Assembly: GCA_026129095.1 (NCBI GenBank)
Contig: JAHCIT010000004.1
Span: 124,001-188,000 of the forward strand
Direction: 5' to 3'
Length of the DNA stretch: 64,000 nt
Source of the DNA: Deltaproteobacteria bacterium
GTDB taxonomy: Bacteria; JAGRBM01; JAHCIT01
Shown one piece after another: positions 38,326 to 47,979 of this stretch (positions within the stretch are counted from its first letter, which is position 1; every line of letters starts with the position of its first letter). The notes below the pieces were generated by a model. It was not told the origin of the DNA, did no database searches, and was given only the letters and a program-made list of their open reading frames with translations. The position numbers and the translations under genes are program-made.

Positions 38326-39849
38326 ATGTTCGAAGCAGCCGAGGTGGGCAACCGGATCGACAAGGCCGATTACAAGGCCGAGGCAGCGAAACTCCGCCCG
38401 GAACTGCTGGAGGTCCAGCGCCAGCTCGCCACCAGCGACCTGGCGGTCATCGTCATCGTCGGTGGTGTCGAGGGGGCCGGCAAGGAGGAGACAGTCAATC
38501 TCCTGATGGACTGGATGGACGCCCGCGGCATCGAGGTCCACGCCATGTGGGGCACCACCGACGAGGAACGCGACCGCCCGCGCATGTGGCGCTTCTGGCG
38601 CGTCATCCCGCCCAAGGGGAAGATCGGCGTCCTGTTCGGCTCCTGGTACACCGATCCCATCGTCCAGCGGACGTTCCGGCAGATGGACGAGGCGGCCTTC
38701 GACCTGGAGATGCACCGGATCGTCCAGTTCGAGCGGATGCTGGAGAACGAGAACGTGCTCCTCGTGAAGTTCTGGATGCATCTCGCCAAGGACGTGCAGA
38801 AGAAGCACCTGAAGAAGCTGCGGAAGAACCCCGACACTGCCTGGCGTGTTACCGACGTGACGCTCGACTTCTTCAGGAAGTACGACCGGTTCCGGTCAGT
38901 CTCCGAGGAAGCGCTGCGGCGTACCAGCACGGGCTTTTCTCCCTGGCATGTGATCGAGGCGGCCGACGACCGGTACCGGAGCGTCGCCGTTACCTCGACC
39001 CTGCTGAAGACGATCCGCAAGGGGCTGGACGACGCCGCCAGGGCGGCCGCCGAGCGCAAGAAGCGGCTCAAGCCCGACCTTCCCCGGCCCAAGGAACACA
39101 ACCTGATCCGCCACCTCGACATGACGAAGTCGCTCACCGAGAAGCAGTACGACGAGCGGATGGAGAAGAACCAGGGGCGGCTGAACCTCCTTACCCGCCG
39201 CCTCCACGACGCGGGCCGCTCGCTCCTCCTCGTCTTCGAGGGGCCCGATGCGGCCGGCAAGGGCGGCAGCATCAGGAAGCTCACGTCGGCGATGGACGCC
39301 CGCATCTACCAGGTGATCTCGGTAGCTGCCCCGACCGACGAGGAGCGGGCCCACCCCTACCTGTGGCGGTTCTGGCGGTACATTCCGATGAAGGGCCGGG
39401 TCACGATCTTCGACCGGTCCTGGTATGGCCGGGTGCTCGTCGAGCGGGTGGAGGGATTCGCCACCAAGGACGAATGGGGACGGGCCTATGCGGAGATCAA
39501 CGCCTTCGAGGAACAGCTCCACGGTTCGGGGATCATCGTCGTGAAGTTCTGGATCGCCATCACGGCACAGGAGCAGCTCCAGCGGTTCAAGAGCCGCAAG
39601 ACGACGCCCTACAAGCAGTACAAGCTGACCGAGGAGGACTGGCGCAACCGGGCCAAGTGGAACGCCTACGAGGCGGTCGCCTGCGACATGATCGAGCGGA
39701 CCAGCAGCAGCATCGCGCCCTGGGTGCTGGTCGAGGGGAACAACAAGTACTGGACCCGCAACCGGGTCATCGAGGCCACCTGCGAGCAGCTTGAGCATGC
39801 GCTCGGCGACGGCGCGAAGCCGAAGAAGAAAAAAAGCAGTAAGAAATAG
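38326..39849 (+). CDS. pap: Polyphosphate:AMP phosphotransferase (two-domain PPK2, class II)
   Basis: Two PPK2 domains: GVEGAGK/FGSWY and EGPDAAGKGG/FDRSWYGRVLVERVEG. Confidence 0.95.
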   Translation: MFEAAEVGNRIDKADYKAEAAKLRPELLEVQRQLATSDLAVIVIVGGVEGAGKEETVNLLMDWMDARGIEVHAMWGTTDEERDRPRMWRFWRVIPPKGKIGVLFGSWYTDPIVQRTFRQMDEAAFDLEMHRIVQFERMLENENVLLVKFWMHLAKDVQKKHLKKLRKNPDTAWRVTDVTLDFFRKYDRFRSVSEEALRRTSTGFSPWHVIEAADDRYRSVAVTSTLLKTIRKGLDDAARAAAERKKRLKPDLPRPKEHNLIRHLDMTKSLTEKQYDERMEKNQGRLNLLTRRLHDAGRSLLLVFEGPDAAGKGGSIRKLTSAMDARIYQVISVAAPTDEERAHPYLWRFWRYIPMKGRVTIFDRSWYGRVLVERVEGFATKDEWGRAYAEINAFEEQLHGSGIIVVKFWIAITAQEQLQRFKSRKTTPYKQYKLTEEDWRNRAKWNAYEAVACDMIERTSSSIAPWVLVEGNNKYWTRNRVIEATCEQLEHALGDGAKPKKKKSSKK

Positions 39850-39910
39850 GCGGGCCACCGGCTGTTCAAGCAGTTGGCAAAAACCACTCCCCCGGCTGCT
39901 CGCGCAGCCG

Positions 39911-39952
39911 CCCCCTCTCCGCAGTCGCAGAGAGGGGGTCAGGGGTGAGGCC
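39911..39952. repeat. Palindromic REP/MITE-like element, partial copy 2
   Basis: ccccctctccgcagtcgcagagagggggtcaggggtgaggcc shares the gcagtcgc hairpin core and right end with 5104-5238. Confidence 0.8.
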
Positions 39953-39975
39953 CCCTTCAAGAACTACCACTCAGG

Positions 39976-40782
39976 TCAGGGGATCGCGGCAAAGAAGGCC
40001 GCGTCGGAGGTGGCGAGCGCCGTCTGGGTCGTGGCCTTCTGGCCGAGGGCGGCCAGGAGATACTGCCGCTGGTATTTGCGGTAGTAGCCCATCACCCGGC
40101 GCGAGTAGACCGAGTCGTTCAGCTCGCGGGTGGCACGGATCTCCCGCAAACGGCCGAGGCCCATGTTGTAGGCGGTGAGCGCCATGTCGAGGCGGGGCTC
40201 GTGGTGGCGCATGCGGGCGAGGTAGTAGGTGCCCAGGCGGATGCTGAACACCGGGTCGTAGAGAACGTCGTCGCCGGGATAGGAAAGGCCAAGATCCTTC
40301 GAGATCGCCCGGCCCGTCGCCGGCATCACCTGCATGATGCCGCGGGCCCCGGCGTAACTCGTCGCCGTCCGGCGGAAGCCGGACTCATGGGAGGCAACGG
40401 CCAGGACCAGGAGGGGGTCGAGGCCGTGGCGGCGGGACTCGACAAAGATCGTCTCCCCCACCACTGCCCGGTCCGCCTCGGGGAGGCCCGGATACTGGGC
40501 CAGAACCTGCTGGATCACCTGCAGGCGATACGTATCCTCGGCCGAAAGGACCGGCGTCACGGCGCGGCCCAGGCTGCGGGCCAGTTCCCGCCCGGCGGCT
40601 CCGGTTTCACGGGCAGTCCGGTAGGCCGACACGGCAAACACGGTAACCACGAGCCCGATGGCCGCAACGGCGGCCACCCGGATTGACGCACCGCCCCAGC
40701 GGGACGTTCGTCCCGCACCCGGCCGTTTGGCTGTCTGGGAGCTGGCACGGGCCAGCTTGTCGGCGTAGTTCAGTGTGTTCAT
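39976..40782 (-). CDS. Lytic transglycosylase (SLT domain) with N-terminal TM
   Basis: HESGF catalytic Glu, GARGIMQVMP and AYNMG. Confidence 0.9.
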   Translation of the reverse strand: MNTLNYADKLARASSQTAKRPGAGRTSRWGGASIRVAAVAAIGLVVTVFAVSAYRTARETGAAGRELARSLGRAVTPVLSAEDTYRLQVIQQVLAQYPGLPEADRAVVGETIFVESRRHGLDPLLVLAVASHESGFRRTATSYAGARGIMQVMPATGRAISKDLGLSYPGDDVLYDPVFSIRLGTYYLARMRHHEPRLDMALTAYNMGLGRLREIRATRELNDSVYSRRVMGYYRKYQRQYLLAALGQKATTQTALATSDAAFFAAIP

Positions 40783-40837
40783 GATCGTTCCGCTTCAGGC
40801 TGACCGGGACGCGCCCCTTTCAAGGCACACCCCAAAC

Positions 40838-41000
40838 CTTCCCTGGACTGACCCACACCCAACCTTGGAACCCCAAATTGAAGGATGGGGTCCACGGCTA
40901 CAAGTGTTTGGCCTGGGGGTCTTCAAGACAACGGTTGCCCTTACGTCCGGATTCAGTAGTGAATCCATAGGGTTATGTAGGCACTTCACCAGTCTGGAAG
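40838..41000. ncRNA. Candidate structured RNA (6S-like or cis-regulatory leader)
   Basis: Intergenic; the ends pair (cttcc..gactg with cagtc..ggaag) and there are internal hairpins at 40867-40893 and 40949-40966. Confidence 0.4.
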
Positions 41001-41020
41001 ACCCTTCCGGCCCGGCCGTT

Positions 41021-41431
41021 TCAGGCCTGGGCCACCGGGCGGCGGGCCTTCGGGGCGGCCTTGGCGCGGGGGGCCGGACGGGCACTGTCACGGGTGACGG
41101 TTTCAACCCGTTTCGCCAGTGATTCCAGCCGCTTGGCCAGATCATCAATCTGCGACCGCGTGGCGAGCCCCACCTTGTTGATCACCTCGGTCACACGGAC
41201 CGAGAGCTGCTTTTCGAACTCCTCGCGGCTCGCCTCGAACTGCTCGGCGAGGTTTTCCACCCAGTTCTTGCCCTTCTCCAAGTCGAGGCCCGAAACCTCG
41301 AGGATCTTGTTGACCACCTGGGTCACCTCGGTCTCGACCTTTTCGAGCACCTTCTGGCCCTGCTCGATCTGCGAGCGGACGAACACGGCGATGGGGTTGT
41401 TGTCGGGGGTCTGGACGGCCTGCTTCTTCAT
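41021..41431 (-). CDS. Phasin / PHA granule-associated protein (PhaF-like)
   Basis: Helical domain ending LATRSQIDDLAKRLESL plus a short Ala/Pro/Lys/Arg tail. Confidence 0.7.
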   Translation of the reverse strand: MKKQAVQTPDNNPIAVFVRSQIEQGQKVLEKVETEVTQVVNKILEVSGLDLEKGKNWVENLAEQFEASREEFEKQLSVRVTEVINKVGLATRSQIDDLAKRLESLAKRVETVTRDSARPAPRAKAAPKARRPVAQA

Positions 41432-41506
41432 ATTGCTGTTTCCTTTATGGTTTTTGGCTTTGGTTGCTGTCGCCCCTTGTGGGGCGGCTACTGAAATCTG
41501 CGGCGA

Positions 41507-41556
41507 TGACTCGCCGCGTTACCTGGGCAAGATAACACAGCGCGTCAGTGTGTCAA
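41507..41556 (-). promoter_or_regulatory. Sigma70-like promoter TTGACA-N16-TATCTT with two 15-bp operator-like palindromes
   Basis: The promoter is at 41529-41556. The palindromes are TGACTC-gcc-GCGTTA (41507-41521) and TAACAC-agc-GCGTCA (41533-41547). Confidence 0.6.
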
Positions 41557-41597
41557 CTGTTTTATTTTTGAGGGGTGCCTACCCCCGCCGGGTGAGT

Positions 41598-41657
41598 TGA
41601 GGCGTGGTGAGGCGTGGTGAGGCGTGGTGAGGCGTGGTGAGGCGTGGTGAGGCGTGG
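41598..41657. repeat. Perfect tandem repeat (TGAGGCGTGG)x6
   Basis: Directly visible 10-bp unit in the intergenic region downstream of res. Confidence 0.95.
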
Positions 41658-41722
41658 CAGTGGTCCAACCAGTTGGGGGACCGGGGCGAACTGGCTGGAC
41701 CGGGGGGCACTGACGGATTGCA

Positions 41723-44707
41723 TTAAACTTCGTCGGCCGCGACCACCACGTCGAAAGGCACGCCCAGTGCGTTGAAGTGTTTCTGGCCGCAGCGGACCTT
41801 GTCGGCTTCGGAGGTCCGGAGCTTCATGAAGTTCCGGGTACCCTTGGTTTCGCGGACCATGTAGATGGTCTGGTCGTTGTGCTTCACGATGGCCCAGTCG
41901 GGATTGTAGGTGCCGACGGGCGTGTCGATCACGAACTTGCGGGGGAGCTTGATGAACAGCTTGATGTCTTCCCGTTCGTCGAGCTTTCGGGCGAACTCCC
42001 GCTCGATCTCAGAATCGTAGACGACGTATTCGTGGACCGACTTCTTCACCTGCTGGGCCGTTAGATAATCGATCAGCTCCTGCTCGAAGATTTTCAGCAT
42101 CTCCCACTCGGAGTCGTTGCCGGGACCGGGAATTTTCTCGTATTTGATCCCGTCCACGATCATCCGGTGGAGTTCATGCTTCAGATATTTGGCGACCTCA
42201 TCCATAAACCGCTGTGGGTTGTTGAAGAATTCGGCCAGGCGGCCCGATACCTTGAGAATCTCGACCAGGGTCGAGCGGGTCAGCTCCGTTTCGTTCTGGA
42301 GATAGCCCAGCAGGTCTGGCACCGCGCCGCTGCCGTAACTGGCCTGTTCCTCGGAGACTGATAGAGCACGGGTACCGACGCCGCCCTTCTGCACGGCCAA
42401 CTGACCGGTCACAACGCTGACCACCGGCTTCTCGATCTTCTCCATCTGCTTGATCGCATCGACCGCCTTCTGGATCAGCTTCGGCGTCTCAAACTCCACC
42501 CGGTAGGTGGTTCTTGGCTTGATCCGTTCCCAGAGCGCGAGGAACTCGGGGCTTGCCTGAACATCCTTCCGGAGCCGGTTCTGCCCTTCGTTCTTCTCGC
42601 GGCTGATGTGCCGCTCGATCTGATAACCAGAAAGCAGTTCGGTCACGGCAGGCACCAGGTCCGCGTGCTCCGGCGGCAGTTCCAGTTTGAAACCGGGGCG
42701 CTTGGGGTCGAACTTCGGCTGAATCCGGTTGTTGGCGTCGAGCATCCCCTGTGAGACGAGAGACGCCCGGAGAGCCTCCGCCACTTCCCGTCCAACCGGC
42801 TTTTCCTCTTCGCCCACGACGCGGGTGAGCTTCGCCAGTGCCGTCAGGGGCACCTTGCCGAACGTCACCCCGCAATCTTCCTCGTATTCGTTCTGGAGGG
42901 CGCGAGCGAAATCCTCGTAGCTCTCGTTCGCCATGACATAAAGCTTGTTTACCGACTCGTCGAAAACCCGCTGGCCGGACTGGTCCACCGGAAGGCGGAG
43001 CCCCCGTCCGATCTCCTGGCGTTTCTTCATCGCGCTTCGGGTTTCGTTCAGCGTGCAAATCTGGAAGACATTGGGGTTATCCCAGCCTTCCCGGAGCGCC
43101 GAATGGCTGAAGATGAAACGGAGCGGTTCGTCGAGGGACAGGAGCCGCTCCTTGTCCTTCATAATCAGGTTGTAAGCGTCGTCGTCGGCCTGGGTATCCC
43201 CGCGTGTGTCCTTGAGCACGCCCTTCTTGTCCTGTGCGAAGTAGCCGTTGTGGAGACTACCGATAGGCAGCTTGAGCCAATCCAGCTCACGGTACCGGGA
43301 GTCCTTGGCCAGTTCCGCCAGCTCCGCTTCAAACGCCTCGGCGAACTTGCCCTGTTTCGGCTGTCCGCCCTCATCATAATCCCGGTAGTTGGCCACCCGG
43401 TCGATGAAGAACAGGCTCAGAACCTTGATCCCGCGTCCCCTGATCTGAAGTTCCTTTTCCAGATGCCTCTTGACCGTATGCTTGATCTGGGCGCGCCACA
43501 CGTCGTCACGGGGACCGCCGATCTCCTCGCCCAGTTTAAGGACGCGGCCATTATTGAACCGGACGAACTCGTTTCCCGGTTCGGCACTGATCTCCGCCAC
43601 GGAGAACCCGTCCTGGTAACTGGCCCGCTCCTTGGACAGGAAATGCAGGTCGGCACGGTGCTGGACCGTAACGACCTTTTCCTTCGGACCCTCCGCACCC
43701 TGGACGTGGATGCGGAGCTTCGCCTTGATCCCGGTTTTGTAGTCGATCTTTTCCACCCGGACGAAAGCGTCGTTGGCTCCGCCGTCGGAGGAGGCGCTCG
43801 CCACCACGATCTGCTTCACGAGCTTCTGCTCGAACGCCCGCACCGGGTCGAGCCGGTAGACGAGGTTGTAGGGATTCCGGTGAGTCGCTGAATACCGGAG
43901 CGTACAAAGCGGGTTCAGCGCCTTGATCGCTTCCTGCGACTTCTCGGTACTATCCACGCTCTGCGGCTCGTCGATGATGACAATGGGGTTCGTCGCCTGG
44001 ACAAACTCAATCGGCTGCCGCCCGGAGAGCTTGTCGTTCTCCTTGTAGATCACGTTGCTCTTTTGTTCGGCCTCGGTGCCGGTGAAGTTCTTGCGGAAGG
44101 CGTCGATGTTGATGATTAGAATCTGGATCGTGTTGCTGGAGGCGAACTGCCGGAGTTTGCTCACGGTCTTGGCGTCGTAGACGAAATGTTCCAGCTCGAC
44201 GTTGTTGTAGAGCGCCCGGAAATGCTCCTTCGTGATCTCCAGATTCTTCAGGACGCCTTCCCGGATCGCCACGCTCGGCACGACGATGATGAACTTCTTG
44301 AAGCCGTAGTGCTTTGACAGCTCCAAGATCGTCCGGAGATAAACGTACGTCTTGCCCGTGCCGGTCTCCATCTCCACCGAATAATGGTTACAGCTCCGAG
44401 TGGTTTGACCGTCCGGGCTGGGGACCTGCCAGTGTTCGAGCGGCTGCGCTGGATCGGGTATCTCCACCTCGTTCCGTTCCTGGACGGACCGGACGTTCTG
44501 GCGGAGCTGGTCGTCCGTCAGCGTCAGCCGGTTGCCGACACCCAGGTCAGTGTTGATCCGCCCGCTGAACATCGGCGTATCGAAGGTCTGGAAGACGACG
44601 GCATAGTCCAGCTTCTCGGGCGGCTGGCCCTTGAAAATATCCACCACCGCCGCGACAGCGTCCCGCTGGTAGGGCTGGTTGGGATCGAACTGGAGCTTCA
44701 TGGTCAT
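41723..44707 (-). CDS. res: Type III restriction endonuclease Res subunit (system 1)
   Basis: METGTGKT, IIDEPQ, FSHSALREGWDNPNVFQICTL, QEIGRGLRL and C-terminal PD-(D/E)XK YNPDWA..ETKG. Confidence 0.96.
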   Translation of the reverse strand: MTMKLQFDPNQPYQRDAVAAVVDIFKGQPPEKLDYAVVFQTFDTPMFSGRINTDLGVGNRLTLTDDQLRQNVRSVQERNEVEIPDPAQPLEHWQVPSPDGQTTRSCNHYSVEMETGTGKTYVYLRTILELSKHYGFKKFIIVVPSVAIREGVLKNLEITKEHFRALYNNVELEHFVYDAKTVSKLRQFASSNTIQILIINIDAFRKNFTGTEAEQKSNVIYKENDKLSGRQPIEFVQATNPIVIIDEPQSVDSTEKSQEAIKALNPLCTLRYSATHRNPYNLVYRLDPVRAFEQKLVKQIVVASASSDGGANDAFVRVEKIDYKTGIKAKLRIHVQGAEGPKEKVVTVQHRADLHFLSKERASYQDGFSVAEISAEPGNEFVRFNNGRVLKLGEEIGGPRDDVWRAQIKHTVKRHLEKELQIRGRGIKVLSLFFIDRVANYRDYDEGGQPKQGKFAEAFEAELAELAKDSRYRELDWLKLPIGSLHNGYFAQDKKGVLKDTRGDTQADDDAYNLIMKDKERLLSLDEPLRFIFSHSALREGWDNPNVFQICTLNETRSAMKKRQEIGRGLRLPVDQSGQRVFDESVNKLYVMANESYEDFARALQNEYEEDCGVTFGKVPLTALAKLTRVVGEEEKPVGREVAEALRASLVSQGMLDANNRIQPKFDPKRPGFKLELPPEHADLVPAVTELLSGYQIERHISREKNEGQNRLRKDVQASPEFLALWERIKPRTTYRVEFETPKLIQKAVDAIKQMEKIEKPVVSVVTGQLAVQKGGVGTRALSVSEEQASYGSGAVPDLLGYLQNETELTRSTLVEILKVSGRLAEFFNNPQRFMDEVAKYLKHELHRMIVDGIKYEKIPGPGNDSEWEMLKIFEQELIDYLTAQQVKKSVHEYVVYDSEIEREFARKLDEREDIKLFIKLPRKFVIDTPVGTYNPDWAIVKHNDQTIYMVRETKGTRNFMKLRTSEADKVRCGQKHFNALGVPFDVVVAADEV

Positions 44708-44711
44708 CGGC

Positions 44712-46616
44712 TCACACCGTCCTGAAGCTTTCGATGCCCTTGGTCTTGAATATCTGAACGGCGTTCGCCTTGAGCTGGTCGTTGCCCTCAAACCCCTTAT
44801 CTAGGCAGACGACGCGCTGCGGTTTGCGGTCGGCGATGGCCCGGATCAGGTCGTGGGTGAGAGCCGGTTCGAGGCAAATGAGGAACGCACCGTCCAGAAC
44901 GCTGTAGACGGTCTTCCCGGCGAGGTTCAGACGCTCGATCTTTGAAGTGAGGGGGAACCCGCTCTTGAGCAGCAGTTCGTACAGGATGTCGTCGGCAGAG
45001 CGTTCGTCACGTACATGGCTAACGTGCAGGGCAAGCTGTTCAGCCAGCTTTCTGGCGTCCGGCTCCACGTTCGCGTTCCACGCCTTGAAGTTCGAGTCGG
45101 TCAGCTTGAAGACCCGGAAGCCCCGGTCCTGTTCACCGGCTTCGCCTAACCGCAGTTTTCCGGTCTCCTCCTCGTTCAGTTTCTTGATGACCCGGCGGAC
45201 GCGCTCTTTGGTTATATCCGCTATAGTTGGATAGTCCTTGCGACCGGTCGGCTCCGGGAGTTGAACGAGTATAAACTTGCGATTGCCTCCGTCCTCTTTG
45301 TTTAAGTCCAGTACGGCATGTCCTGTAGTGCCAGAACCCGCAAAAAAATCCAGGACCGTCTCATCGTCTTCTGTCGACGTTGCGAGACCTAATATGCGAT
45401 GTAGGAGGCGGACAGGCTTCGGAGTATCAAATGCCGATTCGGCTCCAGGAAATATTTGTTTAATTTCCTTTTTTGCTTCGTCGTTATGTCCCGATTCCTC
45501 ATGGGTCCACCAGGTATCTGCTATCACACCGCCAACATCGGAGAGGAAGCGTTTATAGGCAGGTACCTTGTTATCAAGATTCAATCCCCACCATATGCGG
45601 CCTTCCTCAACATTCTTGAGATGCCGTTCTTTGCTGTAGCGCCAAACGGCGCTCTTATCTGGCCAGATATCTTCGCCAGTCTTCGGATGCTTAATAGGGT
45701 AGAAAAGATTTGGTCGCTGCTCAGCAGTCTTGTTGCACTTGTAGTTGTCCGCCCTCCACAAGCCACGGCTGTCGTTATCGGGATTCTTATAGGCGCTGTT
45801 CGTCTCAGAGGTACGCTCCGTTTTGTTGAGCAGGGCCAAAGCCTTTCCTGCATTGGAGTACTGACGTGTCTTTGCATAGACGCAGATAAAATCGTGTGTT
45901 GCTGAAAAATCCGTCTTATCGTTGGCTGGAGCATACTTTTTCTGCCAGCAGATGGTTGCAAGAAACGATTCTTCCCCAAAGATGTCATCACAAATCGACC
46001 GCAAATTCTTCACTTCGGAATCATCAATGCTTATAAAAATTACACCGTCATCGCGAAGCAGATTTCGCGCAAGATAAAGTCGTGGATACATCATGTTCAT
46101 CCACTTGGAGTGGAATCGTCCGTCGGCCTCCGTGTTGGTGCTGAACCTTTTCCCTTCGGCATCAACCTGCCCGGTGTATTCAAGGTAGGTCTGGAGGCTT
46201 TCCGAGTAGTTGTCCGGATAGATGAAGTCGTTGCCCGTGTTGTACGGCGGGTCGATGTAGATCATCTTCACTTTGCCAAGGTAAGACTTCTGGAGGAGCT
46301 TGAGGACTTCCAGGTTGTCGCCTTCGATGATCAGGTTTTCGGACGTGTCGAAGTTGACGCTTTCCTCCGGACAGGGCCTGAGGGTGCCGAGGCTTGGCCG
46401 CTGTATGGTCTTGAAGCAGTCGGCCTTGCCCGGCCAGTTCATGCCATACCGTTCCCGGCCTATGTCCACGGTCTGACCGAGGGCGAGCTTCAGTTTGTCG
46501 AGGTCGATCTTCCCGCCCTCGGTCCGAACCTCCGGGAACAGCCGTAGCAGTTCCTGCAACTTGTCCCCGGCGATGTCGTGGGACCGGAGGTCGAGCTTTT
46601 CGGGGGTGTCAGGCAT
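44712..46616 (-). CDS. mod: Type III DNA methyltransferase Mod subunit (system 1)
   Basis: IEGDNLEVLK, YIDPPYNTG and LDFFAGSGTT (beta-class motif order). Confidence 0.96.
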   Translation of the reverse strand: MPDTPEKLDLRSHDIAGDKLQELLRLFPEVRTEGGKIDLDKLKLALGQTVDIGRERYGMNWPGKADCFKTIQRPSLGTLRPCPEESVNFDTSENLIIEGDNLEVLKLLQKSYLGKVKMIYIDPPYNTGNDFIYPDNYSESLQTYLEYTGQVDAEGKRFSTNTEADGRFHSKWMNMMYPRLYLARNLLRDDGVIFISIDDSEVKNLRSICDDIFGEESFLATICWQKKYAPANDKTDFSATHDFICVYAKTRQYSNAGKALALLNKTERTSETNSAYKNPDNDSRGLWRADNYKCNKTAEQRPNLFYPIKHPKTGEDIWPDKSAVWRYSKERHLKNVEEGRIWWGLNLDNKVPAYKRFLSDVGGVIADTWWTHEESGHNDEAKKEIKQIFPGAESAFDTPKPVRLLHRILGLATSTEDDETVLDFFAGSGTTGHAVLDLNKEDGGNRKFILVQLPEPTGRKDYPTIADITKERVRRVIKKLNEEETGKLRLGEAGEQDRGFRVFKLTDSNFKAWNANVEPDARKLAEQLALHVSHVRDERSADDILYELLLKSGFPLTSKIERLNLAGKTVYSVLDGAFLICLEPALTHDLIRAIADRKPQRVVCLDKGFEGNDQLKANAVQIFKTKGIESFRTV

Positions 46617-46819
46617 CAGGCTGGCTTCCGTTTTCTCAGCAGGATTTCAGACATTCATACTACATGCCAGCCGGTGGCGGCCAACCCCGCCTGCGGCCTC
46701 CAGACCGGCTCATTCAGGCCCGGTTTTTGCCCCCTCCCAAACCCCCCTTGACGCCCCCGGCCCATCGTGGGAAGGTATCTTGACGGGTCTTTTTTAATGG
46801 AACCGGCAGTTCCAGGGAG

Positions 46820-47743
46820 TTGTGTTACCTGATGGTGACGGCGGGCCGAACATCCGGGGCTTTCGCATCCGGCAGCCTGACGGCGGGGTTTCTGGCCCTG
46901 CTGGTGCTGGGGCCGCTCGCGGGGGCGGCGTCGGCCCAGATTCCGGTGGGCCGGTCGGACTGGCAGACCCGGGGCGTCGCCGGGCGCGAACTTGCCATCG
47001 TCGAGCAGCAGATGGCCGAGGTGGCCAAGGGGGCGAACCTTTCCCTCACGCCGCTTGCGGGTTGCACCGAATCGGACTGCACGCAGCACGCGCTCTCCAG
47101 GGGGCTCTCGCGGTATCTCTATCTCGAAATCGAGGACATCGAGGACAAGGGCCTCCGGGTCCGCATCCGGGTGGTGGACGCGCTGGCGAACCGGCCGCTC
47201 GGGACGCGCTCGGTGCCGATCCAGAAGAACGACCGGCGGGGGACGCGATCGGCGCTGGAGGCGTCGGTGCGGGATCTCGCCTTCCACCTGTTCGGCCCGC
47301 CGGTGCCCGACACGGTAAGGGCCAGTGCCGCGAGCCAGCTGGCGTCAAGGCCGCCGCCCGAACCGGCCGCGCCGGTCCAGCCTGCCTCGCCTCCTGTATT
47401 CGCCCGCGAGCCGGAACCGCCGCCCCGCGCCGAGCCTCCGAAACCGGAGCCGCCCGCCGTCTCGATCACCCGCCAGCCGGTCCGCTACGAACCGGAGGAG
47501 GCGGCTCCCCCGCGTGCGGAACCGGTCGTGCCCGCCGCGCCGAAACCGGCACCCAGGCCTGTCGCCACTCCCCGCGCCACCGAGCCGCCGCCGCTCCCCG
47601 AACCTGTGCGGCAGCCGGAGCCGGTGCGCGAGCCCGAACCGGAGCCCGAATACGAGCCGCCGCGCCGCCAGCAGCCAGCCGACGAACGCCCGGCGAGCGA
47701 GCGGATCATCCCCGACAAGATCGATATCCCGTACCTGCCGTAA
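46820..47743 (+). CDS. Hypothetical exported protein with Pro/Glu-rich C-terminal half
   Basis: Signal-peptide-like segment, CTESDC motif and low-complexity EPEP/PP region; start uncertain. Confidence 0.6.
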   Translation: MCYLMVTAGRTSGAFASGSLTAGFLALLVLGPLAGAASAQIPVGRSDWQTRGVAGRELAIVEQQMAEVAKGANLSLTPLAGCTESDCTQHALSRGLSRYLYLEIEDIEDKGLRVRIRVVDALANRPLGTRSVPIQKNDRRGTRSALEASVRDLAFHLFGPPVPDTVRASAASQLASRPPPEPAAPVQPASPPVFAREPEPPPRAEPPKPEPPAVSITRQPVRYEPEEAAPPRAEPVVPAAPKPAPRPVATPRATEPPPLPEPVRQPEPVREPEPEPEYEPPRRQQPADERPASERIIPDKIDIPYLP

Positions 47744-47760
47744 GGCCGCCTCACCGGTTG

Positions 47761-47902
47761 CCTCACCCCCTGCCCCCCTCTCCGGGAACCGGAGAGGGGG
47801 GACTGCGTGAGCAGCCGGGGGAGTGGTTGATGAGAGAGAACCCTTCCTGCCCTCTCCAGTTCCTGGAGAGGGCCGCGCCGCAAAGGCGCGGGGTGAGGCC
47901 GC
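47761..47902. repeat. Composite palindromic REP/MITE-like element, copy 3
   Basis: The first ~39 nt are nearly identical to 5108-5145, there is a second ccctctcc..ggagaggg hairpin, and the right end gcgcggggtgaggccg is the same. Confidence 0.85.
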
Positions 47903-47979
47903 CTTCCCTTGCCTCCCCCCGCACCGGCCGGTTAGCAAGGCGCCTCCGGATTGCCGGGAAACGGGAGTAACGAAAGACC

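Noticed and set aside
40800-41000. Specific assignment as a c-di-GMP-I or c-di-AMP riboswitch, or a retron ncRNA
   Set aside because: Only fragments of the riboswitch consensus sequences are present, and there is no reverse transcriptase in the window.
41598-41657. CRISPR array
   Set aside because: These are head-to-tail 10-mers with no spacers, and no cas genes are present.
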